A stretch of DNA of 63,961 bases, filler included, from Trypethelium eluteriae (lineage: Eukaryota), in NCBI GenBank assembly GCA_051942245.1. It is 3 parts of 3 records of this genome, joined end to end, with 100 filler letters (N's around TTAATTAATTAA, not from the genome) between each part and the next. Parts side by side here need not be neighbours in the genome. Positions count along the whole stretch, not along the records: positions 23,528 to 46,953 come from JAVECL010000421.1; positions 47,054 to 63,961 come from JAVECL010000605.1; 1 more part is not named here. One strand, given 5' to 3'. Made by a program: the position numbers and the translations under genes. Numbering within the stretch: position 1 is the first letter of the stretch; each line of letters begins with the position of its first letter. This document shows positions 38,569-50,408 of this stretch, in pieces. The notes beneath the pieces are model-generated. The model worked only from the letters and a program-made list of their open reading frames with translations. It made no database searches and had not been told where the DNA came from.

Positions 38569-40581
38569 TGCGATGACGTGGGAAAATTTCGTATGCGACG
38601 ATGATGCGATAGTATAGAGAGAGAGTTTGGCGTTGTTGTCCGGGAGTAGAAGTCGTGTAATGAATAAACAAAATTTCTTTGAATTAACGATGACGAGCCG
38701 GAGGCGGTCCCAACGAGGGAATTAGATTGCGCGCCTGATGGAAGAGGAAGAATGAGACGGACGAATGAGGAAGAGAGGAAGGGAAGGGCGAGTGAGGTAG
38801 GGTCAAGAACGGGTAACGGGGTTGGACGATAGTTCTTATATGACCCGCCCTAGTTTGGGGGACGATGGCGCGGATGAGTGCGATGGGGATATGGGGGGGA
38901 CCAGGCCGGCCGGGGTCGATCGTGGCGAGCGTCAGCCCTTGCCGAGAGGAGCGAAGAGTCAGCGGCTGCGAAGCTGCAGTGGGGGGATAAGGACGGGGCT
39001 GGGTGCAGAACGCTAAGGTGCTAAAGTGCAACTGAAAGTATTCGCGCAAGGCCTGCATATGCAGCTCAATGCGCGACGCAGTTTTCAGTCGGCCTAGTGG
39101 GCGGCCAGAGACGATGCCTGCCGGAATGCATACGAGCAGAGTCCAAGATGGGTCACAAGCGTCTCGCGGTGTTGCGGATGCGATTGACCTCATAAGAGTT
39201 GGCTTTGAAATTACACCTTCGCCGTACTTGATGACAGAGGCTGTTACTAACGCAGCGTCGAGGGCTCTGCGGAGATGAAGCAATAGCACTGTGCATTGCA
39301 TGCAGCACTGGCCCGAGACTGTGTAAGGACGAAAGCCTATAGTACCGCGTGGGTATCCGTTTCGGGCCAGAGCCCGCCCAGTGTCGTATCTCCATTGTAC
39401 TGATTGAGTTCGACCGGGCATCCCATCATCAGAAAGTGCGCTCGCCGTGCGCTTAGGCGCGTCTTACTCATGGTGCCGCCGCAGGATTGCCCGGTAGATC
39501 ATGACCGTCATACTTCTGGAAGACTTCCAGGTGCGATGCAACAGATTCGGGCTCCTCTGAACGGACGAGACTGCTTCATTGGGCAAGCAGCAGCGGTGGG
39601 AGACCCGAGGGGATGTTAGGGAACCCAGCAGGTTCAGGACCATACGCAGCTAAAATGCGCTCGGTCCCGACAGAGGGAAGAGACCGGAAGGCGAAAAGGG
39701 ATGGCAGCAGCAGAGTGTGCCATCGGGCAGGAAAAGCTGGATGAGAGGTTGTCGTTGTTTGCGAGGCTACGCCAATCAGAAAGCTTAGACATGGGTTCAC
39801 GCGATCTCGCGGCCGCCATCGTGGCCGCGAGAGGCGCACTGAGACGGTGTGATCTGAATGACCACAGGCTGGCCGAGTGACCCAGAGCGCTTGCCCTGGA
39901 ACACTGGCAGCTTGTTCCGACCGCATTATTCTTGGAAGCGCTTAATGCACGATGGGAGAATTGGGCAGGCCAAACCGCAAAGATGACGTCGGCTCCTGCG
40001 GGTATGCCTGCTACAACTGACTTTTACTGAGTTCTCTTCGCAGACCGCGCCACAGTCTGAGGCTGTGTGGCCTGGTCGTCCAGGTTCTGCGCCGCACGGA
40101 CACGGCGGTGGTGCATCACGATTTTCCCAATTGATGCATAGTCAGTGGCGTGGATCTCGGCTTAAGTTACTCGTGCGCCGTCGTAACCGTCTATCCGCAT
40201 CGCTGCCGTTAGCCCGCCAGCTTCGTAGCGGCCACAAGAAGTGGCAGGACATTGACCGAATGCTGTTCAGAGACCAACTCGAGACAGCTTGTCGGAACCT
40301 CGTGCACATGGAAAAGAGAAAGAACAGTGCGAGATAATTCCAACAACCACTGCCTTGGGCAATGGTTTGACTCCACTTGCGCTGTGCCACCGCTGAAAAT
40401 CTGGGGTGTGGAAGGAGGCGAACAGACGTACGGAGTAGAGCCAGCAGAGGGCAGCGCCTATCGATGACCCACAACGCCGGTCCTATCGATAGCCGGTTGA
40501 CGGTGTTTCGTTTCAACTTCTGCGCCGAGCTTTCTCCCATCGGCCTACCCGGGTCTTGCGTGGATGGTCTTGCGTGGACAG

Positions 40582-40632
40582 CCTTGCTAACACCTTGCTA
40601 ACACCTTGCTCTACCTGTCTCTACCATGCTCT
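40582..40632. repeat. Short degenerate 10-11 bp tandem repeat
   Basis: ccttgctaaca ccttgctaaca ccttgctcta cctgtctcta ccatgctct. Confidence 0.6.
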
Positions 40633-41923
40633 GGCAGCACGATTCAGAAGCAGCTGCGCCTCCCTGCAAAGCGCGTAGCCAAACCTATCTTCCCGGTCGA
40701 AATGTTGGCAGTGGGTTTGCGCATGATAGAGCTGGTTTCGAGTACAACTCCATTAGGTTTCGCTCTTGGGTACGGAGGAGCTCAGACGACTTTGCAGCGT
40801 CATCTCAGCTGGGCAAGGATCAGGAAGAGCACGTTAGGGTGTTAGCGTACCGAAGAGCGCACATGACCCTTTTGCCGACGTAAACCGAATACCGCAACTC
40901 CATCGCATCCTCTACCTTTCACCAACTACTTACCGACTTCTAAAGGATGCGAAACAGAATTTCGGTCCTGGTGACGACTCCTTCGCCATCGTGAGTTTCA
41001 AAATCTGTAAGTCGGAGTCATCATGCGTTGTCTCTGCGGGACGACGCGAATCGTTCACGAGATGCAAGTGTGAGTCAACGTGTGGATCCTGGGTCTAGCG
41101 GGTCGCACCAATACAGACGATAGCAGAAAGCCTCACTGAACATACTTGCGACACTTGGAAGCATCACACCGTGTCCACTCTCTGCATCGGCATCTGCGAT
41201 TATGAAGTTATTCGGTGCACTTTTTGAAGCAGTGGGGAGGACGGGCGTGGTCGAGATCCACATCCTAAAACACTCTGACATCTCTCCCCGCCGCTACTGG
41301 AATAGGCTTTACGACACCTGTGTTCTAGACCCAGAAATCAGACTTGTGGAGAAATGTTCTATGGTTGCTAATCGTCTGGGTTCGCGATCGTTATTTCTGA
41401 AGTGCACACAGACCAGGACTTCCGTGTTTCCACACAAGGGCAACCAACTAACAACACCTACCGATAGTTTTATAGCGATGTGAGAGCAATTACCTGATGT
41501 GAGTGGCTGGCTGTTTTCATTTAACAGAGTCCGACCTAGAGGCTTCATAGCTGAAACCTTCATTTACGAAGACAGGAGTTGGGTAATGGCATTGATTGTG
41601 CAGAGTGTGGGCGCAATAAAGCAAACATCATCCATGAGCTACTTTTGCTATCCAATCATCTTTTCAGCAATCAAAGCTATGGACACTATTCCGCCAAGTC
41701 TGCCCGTATAACCTGTGAAAATGGCCTGTCACTGTGTTGCTCCAGCGCTTAGCAGTCTCGGACCAAGGATCACGGCTTGGACTGTCCTTCTCCGCCTCAC
41801 GCAGAGCTTGCAGCAAGGCTCGTAAACGTCAGGTTGCAAGCATTAACAGTAGAACCAACATTGACATGTGAGCATCTTCTTTATTGTCCATCGCCAGTGG
41901 AGTCTCCAGTAAAATCACGAGTG

Positions 41924-43975
41924 TCATTTTTTTGATCTTTTCACAAATTGCTCCATCGACCCATGGTTCTCTTTCCGTTTCCGTCCTGGCTTGGGTGATG
42001 CTCCTCCTTGATTTTCTGATTTCTTTTTCGCAGACCCTTCCTCTCCCTCGCCCTTCCGTTGCACGTCGTCAAATTCCTCTTCTCCTGTCGCCTCTTCATC
42101 GTCTTCAATCATGCCTCCTATTCCCCCTTTCTTTCCCTTTGTAGGGCCCTCAGCATCATCGGGAAACAGTTTTCTCCAGCTTCCATCCAGGACTTTAGGA
42201 TCATTTCCATATAGTCCTACATCATACGCCTGCTTCAACCCGTCAATACAAATCTGCCTCCTATCATTAAAATCAAACATCGGCTTCGGATACACCTTGG
42301 AGCCCCCTTCCTCCTCTCCCAGCTCGGCCCCCTTCTTCAACATCACCCCGGCCTTCTTCAAATCCTGAATCGGCGCCTTCCACGGCTCATACACATACTT
42401 CTCCGGCACATCCGCCATCTCCGGCACCCATTTCCTAACAAACCTTCCCTCCTTATCCCACTTCCGCGGGAAGGCCACAGGACTATAGCACCGATAGAAC
42501 TGCGCATAAAAGGCCGTGCAGCTCAGCCACTGCCAGTTCCCGATGTTGCACGCGACCTCGTGGTCGATCAGCCACTCCTCGAACACCGAAGCCCCGCGCT
42601 CCCAACTCACGTAGCACCCGCCCCTTGTCAGGAAGCACGCCACGGCGTGCCGCCCGAGATGGTGGATCCAGCCATCGTGCCGGAGCTGCCGCATCAGCGC
42701 GTCGATCCAGGGGAAGCCCGTGATCCCGTGTTTCCAGCGGCGGAAATACTCTTCAGCCTCGGGAGAGTCGATCTGGTAGTCGCGCTCTTGCGTACCGGAG
42801 GCGGCGTTCGTGGTGGTGACGGGTGCGGAGTCACGGTCAGATGAGTCCTGTACGCGGCTGGGAAGGTGCCACGGCACGAAGCGGCAGTTGGGGTTGCCTA
42901 CGGTTTGCGCGAAGGTGTGGCCGAGCGCGGCTTGGGCGCCGAAGTACATGTCGCGGAAGAGGAGCTGTCCGGTTAGTGAGGTTGGGGGTTGAGTGGCTTT
43001 GGAACCGTATTTGGAGATGACGTCCTGGGCGCGCCAGTAGAAGAGGCGGCAGCTTAAGGAGCCGAAGTGGAGGTGTGGGGATAGAAGAGTCGTGGATTGA
43101 GGTTCAAAATCAGTAGGGGCGGTGTTCGGTTTTGCGAAGGTCGCTGTATAATCTTCATCTTTGATGATTTCGTCCAGCCCCTTGAGTGCACGAGTCTCAC
43201 CTCCACGATGAGGGGAGGTGGCATTCTTGATGCCGATCTCCTCTAGCGTAGGCACGGAGAAGTCACCCTTCGGTCCAGCTAGACCGGATGCGTATGACTT
43301 TTCGTCCTGATCACGCTGGACGGCGTTGACGTCGGGATCTGAAGCTGGCTGTTCCTGGTCAAAGTCCAGTTTCGTGTCTCCAGGATCAGGCAGCGACTGA
43401 GGAGCATCGATGGGCCTCGCAGGTTCGCCAAGAGTCTCCCCAGCATGCTGCACCTGATTCATTGACATTGTGGGCTTCCCGCGATTCTGTTTCACTAGCT
43501 CGTCTGGGTCGAAGAGGGTTCGTCCAGTCTTGACAATCACCTCGACGCCAGCTTTCTTTGCCAATGCTATGACCTCTTCGTCGCGACTCCTTGCATAGGA
43601 GTCTGTATCCTTCTCAAATACCAAGTGGCTAATCTTCCATGCTTTCCAGAGCTTGGGGAAAAGTGTCTGTGGTGCTTCACGGATGACATGAAGTTTGGAT
43701 TTCTTATTGAGCTTGGTAATCGAAGCCGACAGATCATTTTGACAATCAAGTCTGGCCATTAATCAGAAGGCTGTGAGAGGAACGCTTAAGTATGGAGAGG
43801 CTCACAGGAACTGCCACCTATTGGGTCCCACTCTGGCGCGGTAGACGTAATGCGGATCCCACGTCCAAATTGGATATAAACATTCAGGCTTCAGGTCGAG
43901 GGCCGCTTTCAGGGCTGGAGAGTCGTGAAGACGTAAGTCGGTGCGGAACCAGTAAATCACCCTTGGTTTACCCAT
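41924..43975 (-). CDS. (6-4) photolyase / animal-type cryptochrome family protein, one intron ~43753-43805
   Basis: VIYWFRTDLRLHDSPAL, GGET, LSPHLHFGSLS, TGFPWIDALMRQL, GWIHHLGRHAVACFLTRG, GNWQWLS; the HH..RH motif is typical of the 6-4/CRY clade. Confidence 0.93.
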
Positions 43976-45083
43976 TGTGTAAATCCGGGCCTCGAAGGTA
44001 TAGAAAACCTAGATGTCGTTGGAGTAGGTCTGAATGTATGTTTATAAAAGGGGGCCAATTGGGAGGCAGGATAGCGAGGCTCCAGAGATGTGCAAGACAT
44101 GAGGATGACGGCGGTGCCGGCGGAATGGTCGCATCGCGCGCGCCGCCCAGCCTCCCTGGCAAGGGCTGGAAGCTTGAGGTGATGATGTCGATGATGGCGG
44201 GCGATGGGATTGGGATAGCTTGACGCTAATCTTGCCAAGCCTTTCGCCAATCTCGGTCATCTGCAAGGTACGGAGACCGATCCGCACTTTAACTCAATAA
44301 GTTTTTTTTTGGAATACAGAAATCGAAATTACATCAGGTATCAGTAGGACTATCAACACCCTCGCAGAGAGAAAGGATTGTCTTTCTCTTTTGAGAGTAT
44401 CTTGATTAGTTTATGAATACATGGTGCTTTTCACTATCATGCATAATAAATCTTCTGATTCATTCAGCCATCGTAGGTCTACCGAGTTAGCTTTGTTGAA
44501 TGTTGATACTCAGAAGTGGGCTGTATGGGACTAAGTGCACAGAGTACGGATGAGAGTGACTATACGCACTACTAGACAGGATGGATACGGTAACAGCTAT
44601 CCATGGCGCCACCAAAGCTTATACGGAGTTCCTCACCTGCTGCTTCCTCGAACAAGCTTCGTTGCCGCTGCCTCTTCTGGTACTACGGCCAAGGTTGAAG
44701 AAATCGTCTTTACTTTCACCAAATCAAACTTTTCACTGGATACAATGTGCACGTATCCATTCAACCCATCAGCTTTTATCCGTAGTGATGCGTGCTATTG
44801 GCGAAAGCTTGATCATTCAATTACACTCCTCCTGCTCTGTTGAACATATAAAAATGACCATGCTCTTCATGCCTTCTCTTACTTTATTAAAACATCTCAT
44901 TCAAGCTTAACTCACTGAAATACTTAGCAGTCCATCCTCCAGCTGCGACGCTAGACCCCGAGCGATATCCTCCAGCTCTATCAATCGCTCACTTCGAGAC
45001 TATACCTCTTCAATTCAAATTGTACGTACAGAACAAATGGGACTATATCATGTGCTCCCAACTAAAGACAATATACAGAAGGA

Positions 45084-45873
45084 ATGGAAGTTCACTGTGA
45101 CATTTGTGCTCGGCACCCCTCAGTAGACGATTTGTTTGAATTGCCACGCGATGTCATTCCACACGTCCGGTGCGACGAATGCATCGAGGAAGCCTTTCGA
45201 AACGCAATAGAAGATATCACACTATTCCCACCTGTGTACTCTCGTTCTACCGACGTCCACCCCGCACGGGGCCTACTTCCTCGAGACCCCACAGAAGCAT
45301 TTTCGGAGGAGGCAATCGAATTCGGGTCTCCCTTCATTCGTCCCGAATACGTCACTGCAGGCTTGGAAGCTTTCCAGCGCTGTGCTGCATGCACGTGCGC
45401 CAGGTGCGAAAACGAGGCCTACCCGCATCCAGGATGTCCTGAGGACGCGGAGTTGCAAGCCGCGCTCAACGCGCTGGAAGAACCCAGTTGGCAGCGCTAT
45501 CCATGCTGCGGAGTCGTTGAGCGAGATGAAGGCTGTGACTGCATGAGGTAGGCTCCAATAGTACATCCCACGCATGAACCCCTCCACTGACCGGCGCTCC
45601 AGTTGTCTCTGCGGCCAAGATTTCTGTTACTCTTGTGAACGGCGATGGCGAATTTGTGAGTGTTATCTTCATGCTGAGGGGCCCCTGGACTACACAGACA
45701 ATATGCTGTCGGATCAGGAGGAGGAGACCGTTTTTACCTTGGAGGAGAAGGGGGAGGAGGATACCGGTTCTACCCTGGAGGAGGAGACGACGCCTCTCCC
45801 AGATGTAGAGCATTTTCAAGAGATGGCGCCATTTCCCCGTCTTCGAGGTGTTAGGAGCATATATTCATCTTGA
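45084..45873 (+). pseudogene. Degenerate RBR/IBR-type E3 ligase gene (likely decaying), intron ~45548-45602
   Basis: Remnant D..LFPP, TC.RC, CP.D, WQR, VER.EGC, C.CG..FCY.C..RW..C.C motifs, with several expected Zn ligands replaced and an apparent internal deletion. Confidence 0.55.
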
Positions 45874-46608
45874 CATCCTCCCGTTGTCATCTAGTAGATT
45901 ATGCTCACATAATGATACGAATGCGGGAAGACCATCTCTAGAAGATCGTAAAAAAATCTTTGCAAACTTTCTATGCACTTCGTTTCATCTTTTCCCTCCA
46001 GCATCTATTTCTCCCAACTATCAAGCCATTTTACTTTCTCGACAAAGACACTATGTTTCACATCGTGGCAAGTACCTTTTTCGAAAGAGAATCCAACGGC
46101 AAGACTGCTTGAAGAAAAGAATGAGTTGGCTATCAATGTCATTCGTATTCCTCCTAACTGGTATCAGATTTGTCTCCATCTCACAATGCGATGCCACCAA
46201 TCCACTATTATGGAGTAGCATGCAGATGAACAATGCATTATATGCAGAGTACAAATCCACCTTGTAATGCTACAAAGAACTTCCAATGATATTGCTGTTA
46301 AAGGTGATGCGAACGCCGAGAAATGCACATCCAATTTGACAAAGCCGATAGCAGAACAGTGGAGTTGCCTCGCAATGTACAATGTAAATGGAGACTAAAA
46401 TAAGCCGTGATAGCGAGAAGCGGATGATTGGAGAGATGCGACATGCTTGAAAGAAACCATATGCCTGCCCAAACCCACCGTGAGACTTTTCCCCCAACTG
46501 CCCTCGGCCGCAAATCTTACCCTAATGTCCAGCCCCGGAATTGTCTTCCCCGATCACTGAACACGGATCATCAAGCCCGCAACATCTCCTACAACTCCCC
46601 AGTCTCCT

Positions 46609-46953
46609 TTATCTCCCCCCCTTATGCACCCGATCCAACGTCTCCAACCACCCCTGCGCCTCCCTCACCAGCTCCTTCCTGCGCGCCCTCGCGCCCTCAT
46701 CCCCTTCCGTCTCCACCCCATCCACCTTCAGCAGGATCTGCGCCAAGATCGTCTCCGTCAGCCGCTTGTACTCGAAATCGCGCTTCGCCGGGTCCCGCGG
46801 CGGATCTGCCATGAAGGCGCGCGCGGCGGGCAGCAGCGCCCCAAGCGCATCCGACAGCGCCGCGAGCTTCTCCATCGGCGTCTGCGACGTGCGTGTGCCG
46901 CCACCGCCACTGCTGCTGGCGGGTGGAGGAGGAGCGGGGCTAGGAGCACGGGC
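46609..46953 (-). CDS. BAG-domain co-chaperone, C-terminal part (5' end lost in the gap)
   Basis: EYKRLTETILAQILLKVDGVETEGDEGARARRKELVREAQGWLETLD matches BAG helices 2-3. Confidence 0.85.
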   Translation of the reverse strand, partial: ARAPSPAPPPPASSSGGGGTRTSQTPMEKLAALSDALGALLPAARAFMADPPRDPAKRDFEYKRLTETILAQILLKVDGVETEGDEGARARRKELVREAQGWLETLDRVHKGGR

Positions 46954-47053
46954 NNNNNNNNNNNNNNNNNNNNNNNNNNNNNNNNNNNNNNNNNNNNTTA
47001 ATTAATTAANNNNNNNNNNNNNNNNNNNNNNNNNNNNNNNNNNNNNNNNNNNN
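46954..47053. other. Artificial contig linker / assembly gap
   Basis: 44 N + TTAATTAATTAA + 44 N. Confidence 0.98.
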
Positions 47054-48415
47054 GTGCGTAGTGGATGGAGGGGCGCTGGGGTCTTGGGCGGCGTGCTTCC
47101 ACCAGTCTAGGACGTCGAGGTTGCATTTGGAGGTCGCTTGTTCGAGGGCGGCTTCGGTGTATTTGAGGGGGAGGCCCGATCTGTGCCACCAGTCGAGGAC
47201 GTGGACGAAGCCGGCGCGGGAGGCGCCGTCCATGGCTTCGGTGGTGTATTCTTTCGTCAGGAAGGATGGGGAGGTGCGCCAGTATTCTAGTAGGGCGGGT
47301 TGGCCGAAGACGGACGACGCTTTATCGGGGAGGAAAGTGTGGCCGAATGTTGCCCAGAATAAGTCTCGGTGTTGAGTTTCGAGGTAGGAGAGAATCGAGG
47401 TCTTCGCAAAACGCATGATCAATTTTATACAAAGTCTAGAAAGCCAGCGAGGAGTGGAGCGTGTCTCGAAGAAGCGTTTGACATCAGTGAGACTGCCACT
47501 TAGAATGGTCCACTCCAGGTCTTGCATAAAATGCGCTGAGACATCGGCAGCACGACGCCATTCAGGTGGTGTTGGAAGATTGGTATAGATGTCTAGAGCT
47601 TTAGCCAACTCCCAGTCTCCTGTGAAGTCCAGGATGATGGTCCAAATCTCTGGAGGCAGTGTACAATGCGTTTGATTTGAAGCTGTATTGGACAGAGCCG
47701 TATGCGAGGTGTGTGACATGCCGATGTCAATGTCTTGACCTATTGTCATCAAATCGATTTGATTCTGAACTACTTCATACAGCTCTTCCACGCCATCGTT
47801 GGAAGTAATCTTCTTCCGGGGTCCGTCAAAGTCCCAGAGCACAGGTGACAAGACGCGTATCCAATTCCATTTCCTACGTATCTTGCTCAACTGTTTCCGC
47901 GTCATCGGGTTCTCCCACATCAGGTCCGACATTCCCGGCACCAGCAAAATCTTCTTCGACACATTCCAGCTCCTCAAAACTTCTAGCAGCAGATTGTCTG
48001 TAACACCGTGAAGCATCTTCCCCAGTGTATCGGCGTCGAGCGGAGCCAGGATGAGAAGATTTGCCCATTCGCAGAGTTCGGCTGTCTTAGCCTGCAGCTG
48101 TTCATTATTCCGGTAAGAGCTTGGGACATGCTGGTCATGAAGGTTTTGCTGGTGAGATTCGTTTGGAAAGGTTGGACAGATCGCCGAATCGTCTAAAAGC
48201 GGAACGGATTTGCATATGGATGGGTCAACGATAGCTTGAAGCCATATGTTCGGCTGCTGCCGTAGGCGCTGTATGACCTGCGTCGTGAAAGCTAAATTTG
48301 GAGGAGTGGTAGAAGCTAGAAGGATGCGCAAGGTGTTTGTTGATTCATCGGTCAGGCGGGTATCGATTATCGATAAAGAGGAGGGTTGCCAGAACGAGTA
48401 TCCTGTCGAACTCAT
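47054..48415 (-). CDS. Flavoprotein (HFCD/PPC-decarboxylase-like) domain fused to ankyrin-like repeats; 3' end lost; start uncertain
   Basis: LCEWANLLILAPLDADTLGKMLHGVTDNLL..VLRSW, PGMS..MWENP; F-box-like LPPEIWTIIL; repeats AMDGASRAGFVHVLDWW and ALEQATSKCNLDVLDWW. Confidence 0.8.
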
Positions 48416-50408
48416 TCTTATAGCGGTGGAGTCGAAATTGAAATCTGTCTCGCGTTGCAAGAGGCATTGTATGACCTACCTCGACAACTCTTGGCATGGT
48501 GGATGGCTCTTGATAGTCACATGCAGGGGCACAGTGTGGCGGGGCTCTAGACGGAGTGCTTCCGCAGTGCAGCCGCTGCAAACGACTTTCTTTGAATGAA
48601 TTGCATCCGGAGCACAATCTGAGTATGCACCGGCAAGAGTGATCAATGATCTTGCAGCGGAACACCTCTTCAAACGCGTTTGTGGTTCTGCGCAGGCGCC
48701 GAGGTTTTAACTCAGTCCTTCTGGTCTGGAAACGCAAACGTGTATTGGAGGTAAGCATCGGATGGCGGCAGCTTGGGGCTACCAACCAGAAAGAAGGCGG
48801 CAAACTGGACCAAAGTTCTCTTTCATGTGGCTGCATTCTGGTGGCAAAGAGTGGCGCTAGCTGGGAGAGGCTCCGGCGGATCAAACTACCTAAAACAAGA
48901 GTGGATCTGCGGAATATGGGCTTTTGATCTGGCATTGGATTTTCTAACTTGTGGCTCAGTCATGCTATGACGTCTATGCCGGGGATAGGCCTGCTAGGGT
49001 CCATGATGCGACTGAAGGCAAGAAATTGCGACGGATAGTAACGATGAAACTGGGCAGTAACCCCCGCAACATCCCTTTCTTTCTTCATGTCGAAAACCTG
49101 ATGGGCTCGGGTACTAGTTATCATGGCCTTGCCTCTGACTGGATGCATGGCATCGAGAGATTGCAGATCTTGCACCATTCGGTAGAGGCGGGGCGGTACG
49201 GTAAGGCTCGCTTGGTTCATATTTTACGGTGTAACTAACGAACTCGTCAATCTGGCTTGTTAGGGGCAAGAATCATCAACAGAATGGTAGACACCGCAGA
49301 CATTGCTTTATTATTCACTCAGCTGTACTCCGTAGTTCTAAATGGTTTCGTGCATCGGTGACCGATGCCCAAAGATCTGGATCTGTCAGACGGCTTATTC
49401 AGGCTAAGACGCGAAACTAGCACAATGACCTCATCAGTAGTCGTGATGAAATCGATTTGCTTTGGGTGCCGTTAATCATGCAACGTTTCGAGTAATTGAG
49501 GGTCCCGTTTTCAGTCAGTAGGTAATATTCAGCACAAACCAGTACGGGGAAAGTGGGTGCTTACAGACACGGTAAACCAAACTGAGCTCCCACGGCGGCG
49601 CAGGGGACAACGTTGACAGTGATCATGGAACTTGTCAAAGCCCATGTCTGATCTACCACTAATTCTCTGCCACTCTGTCTCTCCCACGCACGCATTAGGT
49701 ACATACCACGCCGTGCACGCTACTATCTACAGCGGTCCTGCTCGCTATCCCACTTTCCAACCTCCCTTCCAGCTGCAGGTGCATTGTGGAAAAGTCCGCT
49801 GCCCGTGTCAGGAGTCCGCGCTTTAATCTCCACCGATTGCCAGCCAGTCGCTCCGCTGCAGTGTCGAATTCCTACCCGCTCGCGCCACCCCGGCTCCTAC
49901 TTTTCATCATCCTAGTTTTGGTACATCTGCCATCTGCCCGACAAGCTGTCATATCCCCAACGGTATTACCTCTTGCGAAGACCCTCTTCGGCACTGAATA
50001 CGGACACTGTCACTACGACCTCGACATCTAATGATAAACTGCCGACTGCCAAACGCAGATCCCACGCCGACCGCCAAAGCGGGCATTATCTGGAAACGCG
50101 TTCTTTCAGTTACGCTTTACCTCGGACGCTTCGGTCACGCTGGAAAATAGGAAGCATTTCGCGAGAGAAGAGAGGGTCGTCAACAAGACAGTAACAAAGG
50201 CCGCACAGGAATACTGTTGAGCCGATCTAGGAGTGCCACCATCAGATATCAAAGGCTTCTAATCCTCAATGGTCCCCTGACATTTCTAGGTCCGTTGATC
50301 GGACGGCTTTCGTCCGTCCATAGGTTCTGTCACCTGCGCAAGCGAGCTAGGCCTTTCAAGAAGACAGTGTTGCAGGGGTGGCAAATCCACAACTGATCAG
50401 TCGCGATA

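Noticed and set aside
38684..39421. 245-aa ORF upstream of the unknown gene
   Set aside because: No recognisable motifs or coding-like composition; probably leader or promoter sequence
40825..40850. TTAGGG-like words suggesting a telomerase RNA template or telomeric relic
   Set aside because: Single hexamer without a 1.5-repeat template or tandem array
46609..48460. Apparent flavoprotein-BAG fusion on the minus strand
   Set aside because: The two parts are separated by an artificial gap of unknown size; most likely two truncated genes
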